Shown piece by piece: positions 1 to 9,985 of a stretch of 64,000 nt of DNA. The position numbers and the translations under genes were made by a program. The notes under the pieces are model-generated. The model saw only the letters and a list, made by a program, of their open reading frames with translations. It was not told the origin of the DNA and did no database searches. This DNA comes from a virus, in the IMG/VR virus record IMGVR_UViG_3300027985_000286, positions 32,001-96,000 of that record; one strand, 5' to 3'. Position 1 is the stretch's first letter; each line of letters begins with the position of its first letter.

Positions 1-39
1 TATGGATTAAACCTTTAAGAACTTCTGTGTCAAACGCCA

Positions 40-396
40 TTACACTTCCTTGATAGCTGCGGTCGGGTTTTTCCCATCAAAGATAAGCATATCAAGAACT
101 CGTCTTACAAATCGCCTGGTCTCTAGATCTTGGATGATAGACGGGGATTCTTTACCAGGATCAACAACCTCACCATTCAACTCAAAAACTACATGGTACA
201 CTGCAGGATTCTTGGAGTTCTCTACATCTAGAGATAGACCAGTCATGTATACAGTATAACCCTTAAGCTCCCCCGTCAAGACATCAAACGCAACACACCC
301 CCTTTCCATGTCATAGAAATCACGTATCTTTACACCATTGACTTTGATAGCTCTTTTGGTGATTTTACGGTATAGCTTGGCTAGGAAAGAAAACAT
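40..396 (-). CDS. Hypothetical protein, positionally and by size like T4 gp40 head vertex assembly chaperone
   Basis: 118 aa ORF coupled to the uvsX stop; T4 order is uvsX-40-41; no motif recognised. Confidence 0.4.
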   Translation of the reverse strand: MFSFLAKLYRKITKRAIKVNGVKIRDFYDMERGCVAFDVLTGELKGYTVYMTGLSLDVENSKNPAVYHVVFELNGEVVDPGKESPSIIQDLETRRFVRRVLDMLIFDGKNPTAAIKEV

Positions 397-1496
397 TACC
401 CAAGCTCCACACCAGTGGTAGAAGCAACGATTTCACCTGTCTCTTCATCATACACGACATTACCAATTTTACCTGACCCATCGTTTGACAGAGAGTAAGC
501 GTTTTTGATGTCTCTCTGGAAATCCTTATTGTTCAAGACAGGTCCCCAGAACTCTTCTGTGGACGTATCTCTTCTGCGCCAACCTTTGTCGTTTTCGACG
601 CAGGTTCGGCTGTACCACCCCTTCTTACTGGCATCGATGTAACCGAGCGCAGCGCCAATATCTAGGAGGCCAGAGTACGGGTCGATACCACCTTCGAATG
701 TAACAGTAAGAGGAATAGAGCTACGTTCCTTTACAGCTCTGCTCTTATCAATATCAATAATGAACTCGTAGCCAATAACATCCGTTCCTTCTTTAATCTG
801 CCGTCTACGGATAATAAAGATGCTGTTAGAGGCATAGTAGCCGCCAGTACCGCCACCCACAATTTGTCTAGGGTGCGTCGCGATTTCAGAGTAAGTATGG
901 TTAACGCAGATGAACGGAATATCTTTGGTCGCGAAGTGTGGAGTTGACATGCGGAACAGACTTTTGAGCGCCTTGGCTCTTGTCATATCTGCAACAGACT
1001 TCTCAGTTAGCGCGTCCTCTACTTCTTTCTTGGATGCCAAGTTACCAATCGAGTCAACGAACATAATAACATGGTCTTCACGCTTCAGTTCTTCCAGCAT
1101 AGACATCAGATTGAACTTAAGCTCTTCAATATTGGTAACAGGCACATGAATCACTCGATTTTTGTCAATACCGAAGAAGTCAAAGTACGAGAAACTTGCA
1201 CCAAACTCTGAATCAAAGAACACGCAAACAGCATCATCGTACTTCTCCATGAAAGGAGCGATCATGGCCAAGCTGATATTTGACTTGAAGTGCTTGGATG
1301 GCCCAGCAGGCATGATAACACCACAGCTCAACCCACCTCCAAGTTCACCGCTCAAGGCGATGTTAAGAGCGTAGATGGGAGTCGGTACTTCCTTTCTGTC
1401 TGTGAAAAACTTCGAGTTTGCAAAGATCTCTGCCCCTTCCGTCTTAACAGCTTTCATCATACGTAGGGCGAGTGAAGAGTGGTTAGAGATTGCCAT
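396..1496 (-). CDS. uvsX: UvsX RecA-like recombinase
   Basis: GPSKHFKS Walker A variant, FFDSEFG, DSIGNLASKKE and DMTRAK motifs typical of T4 UvsX. Confidence 0.95.
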   Translation of the reverse strand: MAISNHSSLALRMMKAVKTEGAEIFANSKFFTDRKEVPTPIYALNIALSGELGGGLSCGVIMPAGPSKHFKSNISLAMIAPFMEKYDDAVCVFFDSEFGASFSYFDFFGIDKNRVIHVPVTNIEELKFNLMSMLEELKREDHVIMFVDSIGNLASKKEVEDALTEKSVADMTRAKALKSLFRMSTPHFATKDIPFICVNHTYSEIATHPRQIVGGGTGGYYASNSIFIIRRRQIKEGTDVIGYEFIIDIDKSRAVKERSSIPLTVTFEGGIDPYSGLLDIGAALGYIDASKKGWYSRTCVENDKGWRRRDTSTEEFWGPVLNNKDFQRDIKNAYSLSNDGSGKIGNVVYDEETGEIVASTTGVELG

Positions 1497-1535
1497 GTAA
1501 TGTCCTTTAGCGTTGACTATGAGAATATGCCCTAC

Positions 1536-1566
1536 ACTGCGCTAGACGCGTTCTCCCACGACTTCT
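1536..1566 (-). repeat. Dispersed 31-nt intergenic repeat, copy 1 (upstream of uvsX)
   Basis: Minus strand AGAAGTCGTGGGAGAACGCGTCTAGCGCAGT matches 48601-48631 at 29/31 positions. Confidence 0.8.
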
Positions 1567-1592
1567 AGCGTAGTGCAGTGTAACTGTACTGA

Positions 1593-4226
1593 TTAGAAAA
1601 AAGACTGGGGAGGACCGTCTCTATCTTCTTCAAGCTTGGGCTTGAACTCTAAGTCCCAACCTATCAGCCCTGCAAAAGACTCGGCAGGCGAGACAAACGA
1701 CTTCTGGAAGATAGTTTCTCTGTCAACATATTGGTGAAGTTTAAACTCAGGAGGCAGTTCCTCTCTGAACGCAATCACATCTACATGATGGTGATTGGGC
1801 TTGAGCATAATATAGCGGATTTTCTCTTTATCTGCAATAGGAGGGATACTCTTAATCTCAAGCTTTCTTAGTATTGCATTATGGTAGATAGACCCCCGAA
1901 TGTGGGCTTGTACGCCCTTCACAGTAGGCATGCCTTTTGAGTCTGAGTACTTCTTGATACCATTTACACCTCTAGGCACTGCAATGGTTTCTACTGGCAT
2001 TGCTTGGTATTCTACCTTAACACCTCTGAAAAGTTCAAAGAGCGCTTCCTGGTCTTTCAGTAGACACGTCATGTACACCTTTTTTAGATACTCTCGCGCC
2101 CACTTTGGCGTAGACGACTTTACCGACTCAAGCCCCTGTACCTTCAAGTCAGGCTCGTAGTACCTAACGCCTTCGTTATCCCAGACTGCCATGGCGTAGT
2201 GTTTCTTTGAACTCCAGATCGCTACCTCTGCAATAGCCTCTCTCTTCATAAAGAGTTTCTGATCGTAACCGTTCAGGTACTCTCTTAAATTCTCGCAGGA
2301 CTGGTTGATAACAGGCTGGATCCTGGTTTCACAGAACTTATCCAGCATGGTAACGATGTCGTTGGTCGACGCTTTGGGGTTGAACTTGGTATACCTGTTG
2401 ACGATGTCACTAAGGTCAACGTACGATGAGTCTGTATCTGAGTATATCCACCTGGACTTTGTATCACCTAACACAGACATCAAGAACTCATCGATATCAC
2501 GAGATGCCCACCTTACTGCAGTCTGCCCACCTGTTGTGATTGCCTCTGCAACATCAATCTTGAAGTATTGGAAGAACTTGTTGGAGATTGCGCCATAACC
2601 AGAGTTCATAGCAATCTTGAGTGCCATCTGCATGGCATCCTTAGCTGCAACTGCGTTTTCGTAGAACTTCTTGTCCTCCTCGGTTGTTGCATCGACCTTC
2701 TTTTGTTTGAGCGCCAGCATCTCTTTCTTCACAACCTTTCTTTGGTTGTAGTAGAACTGCATCATCTCGCTAAGGAACGACCTGAAGTCTCTTCGGTACA
2801 AAGAACCATTAGGTGTAACACACAGGTTCAATGTCTTTGCGTAGTGCAGCAGAGTTTCTGATACCTCTTTGTTGACGCATGTATCAATGCTTACAGCGTC
2901 AATGTCACAGTCAAACTCAGAAGACTTTGCGTACCTAATTGCATCTTGGTCGTTTGACTTCATCAACGCTTGTCTAAAGTCAGACCTAGACACCCAGGTT
3001 TCCGGACCAAGATTCTGGTGCATGATAAGGTGTGGATACAGAGACGCAAAATCGAAAGATACAACCCAACGATACTTCCCTGCCTTAGGCTCCATGACAA
3101 ACCCGCCAGGAAACTCTCGGTATAGCTCTTTATTGGGGAAGACCGGTGGTATCTGTTTCTTGTCAAGGTACAGGTACGAATAGATCGCGTTGGTCCACAA
3201 TCTGGTAGTACCTAGCGTATCTGCGTAGTTTGACATCGTCAAGTAAGACAAAGCATACGTGATGTCTAGATACTTGAGTTTTCTATCTAGCTCAACAACA
3301 AGCTCAACGTCAACGATGTTGTAAACCTGGTAAAGCTGAGGATTCTCTCGTGCTAGATCCTGAAGGTTGTGGTTGCTGTAAGCCACCTTGTTACCTACAC
3401 CTTCTGCCTGAGCAATAAAGCCCAAGCGATACGATTCTCTTGTCAGGTACCTGTGCTTCTTGTAAAGACTGATATAGTCAAGGTCGGTCATACCTACGAT
3501 GTCAATCTTCTTGACCTCGTTTCCAAAATTAACTGTAGTCTCGACAACAAAAACACTCTCGAACGGACTGAGTTTTTTCGCCCATGTTTCACCCAAGACC
3601 TTACAAATGCGGAAGTACAGATACGGAATATCAAAAATCTCTGTATTCCATCCGGTGAAGTTATCGGCATTCATGGATGCCCAGAACTGAACAAATGCAA
3701 CCAATAAGTCGTGCTCACTATCAAACTTCTTATGCACCACGTTCAAGTGGGATATCATCGGGTCACTAGAATCAAAATCATACAGGCTCAGGCAAACGTA
3801 CGTATCTGTGATATTATCGTGTACGGTCAGGAGGTCAACAGGGTACTTTGCTTCTTCTGGATTTGGAAACTCGTCTGCATTAACCTCAATGTCCAAGGTT
3901 AGGGTTCTAATCTTACTCTTATCGTACTCAATCTTTCCGTACCTGTTGCATACCTCTTCCAGAGCAAAATCAGATGTACCGCAAAAGCTAACCCCTTCAA
4001 CACCTTTGTACGACTTCAGGAACTGCGATGCGTCTTTAGCTGAGCTAAAGCTCTTAGGTTTCAGAGATGTTCCGTAATAATCGGTATAACCAGACTCAAA
4101 GCTCGGGTCCCTTTCCCAGATAGTCGGCTCTAGCTCTACTATCACATTCTTTGTGTCTACATCATCCTGTTTTTCTCTTACCAGTACAGTGTTTCCCCAT
4201 CTACGATAGAAAGTGTAAAATGACAA
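1593..4226 (-). CDS. 43: Family B DNA polymerase (gp43)
   Basis: Exo motifs LDIEV, FTGWN..FDIPY, YNIVDV; polymerase motifs SFDFASLYP, KIAMNSGYG, YSDTDS; no intein evident. Confidence 0.97.
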   Translation of the reverse strand: MSFYTFYRRWGNTVLVREKQDDVDTKNVIVELEPTIWERDPSFESGYTDYYGTSLKPKSFSSAKDASQFLKSYKGVEGVSFCGTSDFALEEVCNRYGKIEYDKSKIRTLTLDIEVNADEFPNPEEAKYPVDLLTVHDNITDTYVCLSLYDFDSSDPMISHLNVVHKKFDSEHDLLVAFVQFWASMNADNFTGWNTEIFDIPYLYFRICKVLGETWAKKLSPFESVFVVETTVNFGNEVKKIDIVGMTDLDYISLYKKHRYLTRESYRLGFIAQAEGVGNKVAYSNHNLQDLARENPQLYQVYNIVDVELVVELDRKLKYLDITYALSYLTMSNYADTLGTTRLWTNAIYSYLYLDKKQIPPVFPNKELYREFPGGFVMEPKAGKYRWVVSFDFASLYPHLIMHQNLGPETWVSRSDFRQALMKSNDQDAIRYAKSSEFDCDIDAVSIDTCVNKEVSETLLHYAKTLNLCVTPNGSLYRRDFRSFLSEMMQFYYNQRKVVKKEMLALKQKKVDATTEEDKKFYENAVAAKDAMQMALKIAMNSGYGAISNKFFQYFKIDVAEAITTGGQTAVRWASRDIDEFLMSVLGDTKSRWIYSDTDSSYVDLSDIVNRYTKFNPKASTNDIVTMLDKFCETRIQPVINQSCENLREYLNGYDQKLFMKREAIAEVAIWSSKKHYAMAVWDNEGVRYYEPDLKVQGLESVKSSTPKWAREYLKKVYMTCLLKDQEALFELFRGVKVEYQAMPVETIAVPRGVNGIKKYSDSKGMPTVKGVQAHIRGSIYHNAILRKLEIKSIPPIADKEKIRYIMLKPNHHHVDVIAFREELPPEFKLHQYVDRETIFQKSFVSPAESFAGLIGWDLEFKPKLEEDRDGPPQSFF

Positions 4227-4237
4227 GCTGCACCTCT

Positions 4238-4957
4238 TTATGATAGGCTTTCTATGACTTCTTTTAGTACCATGTGGACTGTTCTTTCCGCTACGTGGTA
4301 ATTATAGGTTTTGGATAGAACAGTAACTCTAGCACAATCTGTGCTGGAAGAAAACATATTGTCCAAGAGGTAAGCAAAGTCTCTCCTCTCTTCTGATAGG
4401 TTCAGCGCGTTATGCGGATTAGCAACCCAAACAAAACCGGCCTTTCCTCTTTTGATATCTTTCTCGTAGTGACCAATAAAGGCTTTGATCTGGTCAATAC
4501 TATCATCTACCAAGATTGGTGCATGTCCGTAAGGCGTGTTCTTTCTGATGAAGTCAACTTTGGTTTCGTACAGAGGAAGGCAATCAATTTCGTCTGGCGG
4601 CTTACACGAAACGGCACTAAATTGAGTTGAGCTGTCAAACGCAGACAGAACATCAACGATGTTATTTTCTCTTAACCTCTTGGTTTTAGTGCTTGACCCA
4701 CAAGAAGATAAGAGGTGCGTACCTTGAAGGTGTCTGGCTAGAACCCTGGAGTTCTCTAGAGTGTTAAGGTTTCCGAAAAATTCGCTTTCGTTGAACTTGC
4801 GGACAGACGCGTCGAATTCTTCTTCACTCAGACCAAATCTAGGTAGCTTGTTTGCGTGCCATCCTAAACACTTATGCTCCACTCCGTTCATATATTCGCG
4901 GATACCTTCTTTCCAGTCAAGGATGGTATCGTCTACATCAATGAATGTTTTGTGCAT
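4238..4957 (-). CDS. HAD-family hydrolase, 5'(3')-deoxyribonucleotidase-like
   Basis: N-terminal IDVDDTI (DxDxT), LSS motif II, ILVDD motif IV. Confidence 0.65.
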   Translation of the reverse strand: MHKTFIDVDDTILDWKEGIREYMNGVEHKCLGWHANKLPRFGLSEEEFDASVRKFNESEFFGNLNTLENSRVLARHLQGTHLLSSCGSSTKTKRLRENNIVDVLSAFDSSTQFSAVSCKPPDEIDCLPLYETKVDFIRKNTPYGHAPILVDDSIDQIKAFIGHYEKDIKRGKAGFVWVANPHNALNLSEERRDFAYLLDNMFSSSTDCARVTVLSKTYNYHVAERTVHMVLKEVIESLS

Positions 4958-4970
4958 CGTACTTTACCTA

Positions 4971-5765
4971 CTAGACTGTTGGCATTTCGGAAATTTCTAC
5001 GGGTGTGATGTTTTTGGTTACAAGGTTTTGCATGTTAAGGTCATCTGTATTCGGGTTCTTTTTCTGCAATAGGTCTGCAATCATTTCTGCAACCTTTTTT
5101 GATTTCAAGGGGTGAACTGCATATTCTTCAAAATCCAGATAAGATCCGGTTGCTTCTCTAAACGTGACAAACCTCTTTAAGCACTGCCAACATTCACCAC
5201 AAGGAACACCATTATGACTATGCCAGCAAGAAGATGACTTCTTGCTGATATCATAAATGCTTACGCCGTGATTCAAGGCCCATCTAACAGCATCAACCTT
5301 AGTCCATCCTCTGTCGGCTAGTGGGAAAACCACTCTGACCTGTTCTTCCTTGAATGGAGACAAGGTGTAGGTTGTAAGACCAGATACCACGTCTCTAAAG
5401 AAGGCGTTCTTATCTGTAGCGTCAATATTTACCTCATCAACCAAAGATCCTAGCCATATCTCATCTGGCAGGAACTGGCAAGCAGCAAGGGTAACAAACA
5501 CTAGGTTTCTCCCTGGAATGTAGATACTACCCTTTAAAGGCTCGCTCTTCTTGGCGACGCAGCCAATACCATTCTTACCCAACCAGTCTACGTTCATGCG
5601 AATAACGTTTAGAGGGAGAAGGGAAACTTCCTCTTTCTCCGATTCTGCTCCGTGCGCATAATAAACGCACACAACATCGTCATCTTTATTTTCTACCTCT
5701 GACAACCTCTTCATTATGAAACTGTCTAGACCACCAGAGTAAAGGATTACAATCTTTTTACGCAT
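4971..5765 (-). CDS. queC: QueC-like 7-cyano-7-deazaguanine synthase
   Basis: SGGLDS PP-loop, YIPGRN, zinc site SC...PCGECWQC. Confidence 0.9.
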   Translation of the reverse strand: MRKKIVILYSGGLDSFIMKRLSEVENKDDDVVCVYYAHGAESEKEEVSLLPLNVIRMNVDWLGKNGIGCVAKKSEPLKGSIYIPGRNLVFVTLAACQFLPDEIWLGSLVDEVNIDATDKNAFFRDVVSGLTTYTLSPFKEEQVRVVFPLADRGWTKVDAVRWALNHGVSIYDISKKSSSCWHSHNGVPCGECWQCLKRFVTFREATGSYLDFEEYAVHPLKSKKVAEMIADLLQKKNPNTDDLNMQNLVTKNITPVEISEMPTV

Positions 5766-6150
5766 CGTCGTGTCTCACGTTTTCTTTTTCTACAAGGTTA
5801 TGATGAAGAAGGACGATATTAACCCAAGGGCAAGCCTTCTTTATGATTTCTGCCTGAATCTGGTCATCCTCAAAATGGATATCTATCCGTTTTCCAGAGT
5901 CCTTAAGCATAGTAATCACTTCAGCCTTATGAAGAGCAGAGCTCTCTCTAGTCTTTTGATTGAACGGAAGAGGATTGTAAAACACTCTGTTCGCAATGCC
6001 TAGCCCACCTAGAAATCTTTCTGTTTCGGGCATCTCTTCAAAAGACCTACCTGTGATGATAACGTCAGAGTGACATGGTCGGACCCCAGTCCGACCATGT
6101 CCCATAAAGATTACACCGTCAATATCGAATGAGTTCATACTAGAACTCAT
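5758..6150 (-). CDS. Small capless HAD-family phosphatase (start may be ATG at 6138)
   Basis: SFDIDGV motif I, ITGR motif II, conserved K, HFEDD motif IV; overlaps both neighbours. Confidence 0.75.
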   Translation of the reverse strand: MSSSMNSFDIDGVIFMGHGRTGVRPCHSDVIITGRSFEEMPETERFLGGLGIANRVFYNPLPFNQKTRESSALHKAEVITMLKDSGKRIDIHFEDDQIQAEIIKKACPWVNIVLLHHNLVEKENVRHDDA

Positions 6151-7264
6151 TCGTGAGGTAGTAGGTAGGGATCTCTCTGGCAGCTAGGTACTCACATTCT
6201 GCCTTCGCTTCCGAGTACATCATTTGCATTGGAGGTGTCTTCTGAGTCCACGCGCTAGGTCCACGAAGAGAACCTTTAATGCCCAATTCCTGAGCCACCT
6301 TTAGATACCTGATAGCATCAATAACAACACCCGCAGAATTTTCACTATCTTGGACTGACAGCTTGATATCAACTGTAATCTCAGCCCCTCCGAAAGATTC
6401 AAGGATGACGTTGAAGTAAGCAACCTTATTGTCTTTCAGGTACGGAATAAAGGTACTTGGCCCAGCGAACAACGTATCCTTTTCCATAGGAATACCACGT
6501 ATGTCATTCTGAGCCCTAATGACATTCTCTTTGCTAATCTTCTTGGAAGACAGCCTGTTAGGGTTCATCATGTTGGCGAAGTCTGTATTTCCACCAACAT
6601 TCAGTTGCTGATGGAACTTTACCTTGCACCCTCTGTCAAAGGCGAGCTCCTGAATAACCTGAGACAAGATAGATGCACCAACTTGACTACGCATATCATC
6701 ACCAATAAGAGGAAGACCGGCATCAATAAACCTTTTCTCCCACTCAAGGTTAGACGCAATGAATACTGGAATACAGTTTAAGAAAGGAATACCTGCATCA
6801 ATAGCACTCTGCGCGTAGAACTCAGTACCAACCTGAGACCCCACAGGGAGATAGTTAATGAGCATCTGTGCACCACTGTCTCTGAGGGCTTGAGCTACAT
6901 CAACAGGCTCTTCCTTGGCAATTTTGAAATTGATTGTATCGTGGAAGTTCTCCATATGAAGTGAGACACCATCACAAACTCTACCCATTTGAACCGTACA
7001 CTTGTCATCAATCTGAGTATGAAACACGCGGCAACAGTTGGGCTCTTCGAACATTGCAACATGAAGAGGCTTACCAACCTTTCTTTCATCAACATCAAAA
7101 GCAGCAACTACCTCAATGTCTGTTGGTCCATAACCACCGATGTCTTTAAACATAATACCAGGAAGACTATCCTGATTATTGTGACGATAGTAGTTGATGC
7201 CCTGAATCAGGGCAGATGCGCAGTTACCAACTCCCGCGATAGCAACCTTAATTTTTTCAGACAT
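6140..7264 (-). CDS. ino1: myo-inositol-1(3)-phosphate synthase
   Basis: VAIAGVGNCASAL NAD-binding start, NYLPVGS, GDDMRSQVGA, QLNVGGNTDF, SKKISK, DSENSAGVVIDAIR. Confidence 0.93.
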   Translation of the reverse strand: MSEKIKVAIAGVGNCASALIQGINYYRHNNQDSLPGIMFKDIGGYGPTDIEVVAAFDVDERKVGKPLHVAMFEEPNCCRVFHTQIDDKCTVQMGRVCDGVSLHMENFHDTINFKIAKEEPVDVAQALRDSGAQMLINYLPVGSQVGTEFYAQSAIDAGIPFLNCIPVFIASNLEWEKRFIDAGLPLIGDDMRSQVGASILSQVIQELAFDRGCKVKFHQQLNVGGNTDFANMMNPNRLSSKKISKENVIRAQNDIRGIPMEKDTLFAGPSTFIPYLKDNKVAYFNVILESFGGAEITVDIKLSVQDSENSAGVVIDAIRYLKVAQELGIKGSLRGPSAWTQKTPPMQMMYSEAKAECEYLAAREIPTYYLTNEF

Positions 7265-7341
7265 GTCTGTTTCCTTTAGAGTTAAAGGGTGGAAAGGCCT
7301 AAGGAAAACACCCCAAAAGCGACGCCTTTATGTCAATCTAT

Positions 7342-7370
7342 ATAGTAACACTTTCAGAGATACTAGTCAA
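7342..7370 (-). promoter_or_regulatory. Sigma70-like promoter upstream of ino1-HAD-queC-HAD-gp43
   Basis: TTGACT-N17-TACTAT on minus strand. Confidence 0.6.
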
Positions 7371-8691
7371 ACAAAGAGTCTAACGTTCCTCTTTGAGTTG
7401 TTATTTTTGATGCTTTAAACCCAACTCTTGTCAAGGTACTGCCGTTCTTTTCGTTTGTTATGACCAAATTGGTATTGAACCTGTTGTTGGATACGGTTCT
7501 ATAGTCGCCAACGTGACTAAAGCTATCACTTCGTCCTAAACTAGAAAAATAATCATCCAACCTTACTGTTTCTTGAACCGTTGCGAGACCGCCTCTCAGT
7601 GGTCTTGCAACTTTCTCTTGCATGACACCCTCTACAAACCTTAACCAGGTTTCGTCTACATCTCTGGAGTATGATACTGCCTGAGAGTTGTTATAAACTC
7701 TAGAAGAAGCCAGTAGCTGTTTGATTTTCTCTGTAACGCTACTCAATGACTCCAAGTGCGCCCATTTTTCGTGCATTAGCGTCCATGGCATCTCTTTTAG
7801 AACAACAACAGGGCAAGAAAAAGCCTCTTCAATCACACCGTAGCCGAAAGTCTCCATCTTAGCTGGATGGTAAGCCACTTTGGCCTTAGAAATGAAGTCA
7901 ACCTTAGCAGCCCCTGTTAAACTATGTCGAATCTCATACTCCTTAACTCCGTTATCTTCGAGAGACCTTCTGAACTTCTCAGCGCTGGAACCAGATGTCA
8001 TTACTAGAGCTTTGCACTTCAGTTCTTTCACAACTCTAATGAACTCTTCTGGATTTTTTCTATCCTGGTACGTTCCGATAAACAGCAACCCTTCTTTACT
8101 TGGATAGAGGTTCGCGTATTCTAAGGATGGTTCTGCTATGGGTAAAGGAAGGCACACCCCTTTTGATGTTGGTGGTATCAACTTTAGATTATCGTTTGAC
8201 TGACTTCCTATTACCACGTTCTTACTAAGAAGAGACAACAACCATTCTTGGTACGGTCTGTTGAACACTGACTTTTTAGCAAGTAAAACCGATTCCGGGT
8301 TATGGGTGTAGTACACTACTGGAACGTTCAGATCCAAAGATACAATTGGATCAAGAGCCTCTTCATCATTGACAATGATTAAGTCATACACTGATTCTCT
8401 AATAGCGTCAATCAAAGCGTTCCTAAAGTTTACCTGTCTCTCAAAGCAAAGTCCATCACTGAACATGAATATCTTCTTATGGTGGCTATAAGCCAACGGA
8501 TCTTTAGGGCTAACTACCTTGCACTCCTTTTCAACATCTGGGTGCAGTCTTCCTCTCATTAAGGGTGAGTCTACAACAATATCAACAACCCACCCATACT
8601 TCTTCGCCATAAGATGAAACCCCTTGATAAAGGTCCCAACACCACCATTAATAGACAAATATCGATTCGAAACGACCTGACACACTCGCAT
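7363..8691 (-). CDS. GT-B fold (GT4-like) glycosyltransferase with C-terminal clamp-binding-like peptide
   Basis: N-terminal GGVG loop, LLFIG...RKN, ETFGYGVIEE (E-x7-E) motif; ends TLDSLFD. Confidence 0.85.
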   Translation of the reverse strand: MRVCQVVSNRYLSINGGVGTFIKGFHLMAKKYGWVVDIVVDSPLMRGRLHPDVEKECKVVSPKDPLAYSHHKKIFMFSDGLCFERQVNFRNALIDAIRESVYDLIIVNDEEALDPIVSLDLNVPVVYYTHNPESVLLAKKSVFNRPYQEWLLSLLSKNVVIGSQSNDNLKLIPPTSKGVCLPLPIAEPSLEYANLYPSKEGLLFIGTYQDRKNPEEFIRVVKELKCKALVMTSGSSAEKFRRSLEDNGVKEYEIRHSLTGAAKVDFISKAKVAYHPAKMETFGYGVIEEAFSCPVVVLKEMPWTLMHEKWAHLESLSSVTEKIKQLLASSRVYNNSQAVSYSRDVDETWLRFVEGVMQEKVARPLRGGLATVQETVRLDDYFSSLGRSDSFSHVGDYRTVSNNRFNTNLVITNEKNGSTLTRVGFKASKITTQRGTLDSLFD

Positions 8692-8699
8692 GGTAACTC

Positions 8700-9983
8700 C
8701 TAGTCAAAGAGATCATCCAGAGACGATACGTTTGCCGCTTTCGTTTCCAGCCTTTGACTGTGAACCTTAGGTCCAATAGTTTTTGACCACTTAATGAATT
8801 CGTTATAGTCAGTAACTTGCAACAAGGTAGATAGAATAGATTGCCCTTCTCTAGACAACCATTTCAATAGGGAAGACTCTTCCCTAAACAAGGAGTTCAC
8901 GTGGTAGGTGAAATTGGCTATACTAGCAAACGCAGCAGCAACCATGAACACATGATATTGTTCAACTCTGTCTTCAGAAGAAAAATAGTCCCAGCTCCTC
9001 TTTGAAGAGTTTGTTGTCAACGACTCAACCACATCGCTCAAAGAAAACCTAGCACCCACATCACCAAAGTACCTTATGATATCCCTATGGTATTCTTCTA
9101 TTACCTTAACGTTGGTTGTTCCATAGAGCTGAAGCTTACCTCTACTGTTTAGGTAAGACCCGTTACTGAGCTTCATGGTATGAGACGTTGAATCGTAAGA
9201 TAGGTGCGTGTTCTGGTTAAGGTAACCAGTTTGATACAAGATAGCAGAGGGGAAAAGCCTAGCGATGCTTCCAACACCCAAAAGGTGCACGTTGGCTTTG
9301 ATGTCTTCCTCACACGGGAGAACAGGTACAGATGCCGCCCTTTCAATAGCTTCAAGAAGACCGTTACCGATAGACGTACCAGCAATTGATACACCTGCAA
9401 TCTGACAGTGCATGTCTATTGGGACCTCTTTAAGAAGAACCTCAACCCAACGTTGAAACCAATAGATCCCATTACCCTGCACGATCATCATAGGCTTGGT
9501 TTTATAGCCATGGGTCCTAAAGTACTCAATCTGAGATGCGAGATTGTACCCTGACTTCTTAGCGTACGAGTCGAAGTTATCTTTATCAAATCTCTTGCTA
9601 TTCAGGTCATTAATGACTGACCGGTTGTTGACTACAACAGGGACCTCATCAAAAGACATTGCGACTGTTGAGTGCTTCCCTTGTTTTTCATAAACAGCCT
9701 GCCTAAGACTGTCAGTAATCATTTTTCCTAGAGTAACGACCTGTAGGCCTCCCGAATCTGCATGTACGCTAGAAACGCTCTTAAATCTGTCATACGCTGC
9801 ACCAAACTTCTTTTCAGTATGCGCGTTGAACAAAATTCCATAACTATGACCGTGCGCTCCTTGTATAGGAGCAAACACCTCTTTGTCAATCCTATCCAAT
9901 ACGCTGTTGTTCTGGTAGCTTCTACTTAGAGCGAACCGGGTATGACCCATTCCTGAAGCAATGTACTCTAGATTAAGTGGCAT
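8700..9983 (-). CDS. DpdA/TGT-family guanine transglycosylase (candidate DNA 7-deazaguanine inserter)
   Basis: ADSGGLQ, SFDE, IVQG, VHLLGVG, SYDSTS motifs of the TGT fold; adjacent to folE; ends SLDDLFD. Confidence 0.8.
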   Translation of the reverse strand: MPLNLEYIASGMGHTRFALSRSYQNNSVLDRIDKEVFAPIQGAHGHSYGILFNAHTEKKFGAAYDRFKSVSSVHADSGGLQVVTLGKMITDSLRQAVYEKQGKHSTVAMSFDEVPVVVNNRSVINDLNSKRFDKDNFDSYAKKSGYNLASQIEYFRTHGYKTKPMMIVQGNGIYWFQRWVEVLLKEVPIDMHCQIAGVSIAGTSIGNGLLEAIERAASVPVLPCEEDIKANVHLLGVGSIARLFPSAILYQTGYLNQNTHLSYDSTSHTMKLSNGSYLNSRGKLQLYGTTNVKVIEEYHRDIIRYFGDVGARFSLSDVVESLTTNSSKRSWDYFSSEDRVEQYHVFMVAAAFASIANFTYHVNSLFREESSLLKWLSREGQSILSTLLQVTDYNEFIKWSKTIGPKVHSQRLETKAANVSSLDDLFD

Positions 9984-9985
9984 GT

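Noticed and set aside
1-2000. Apparent abundance of CTAG
   Set aside because: A rough count in the first 2 kb is near random expectation; a genome-wide k-mer analysis would be needed for any claim
6140-8691. Complete mycothiol or di-myo-inositol-phosphate pathway as an auxiliary metabolic module
   Set aside because: No MshB/C/D, inositol-phosphate cytidylyltransferase or CDP-alcohol phosphotransferase seen in the window, and the genes are interleaved with que/dpdA
8700-9983. Interpretation as an ordinary tRNA-guanine transglycosylase for queuosine
   Set aside because: No C-terminal zinc-site pattern of bacterial Tgt recognised, divergent sequence, clamp-binding-like tail and linkage to gp43 favour a DNA target; not formally excluded
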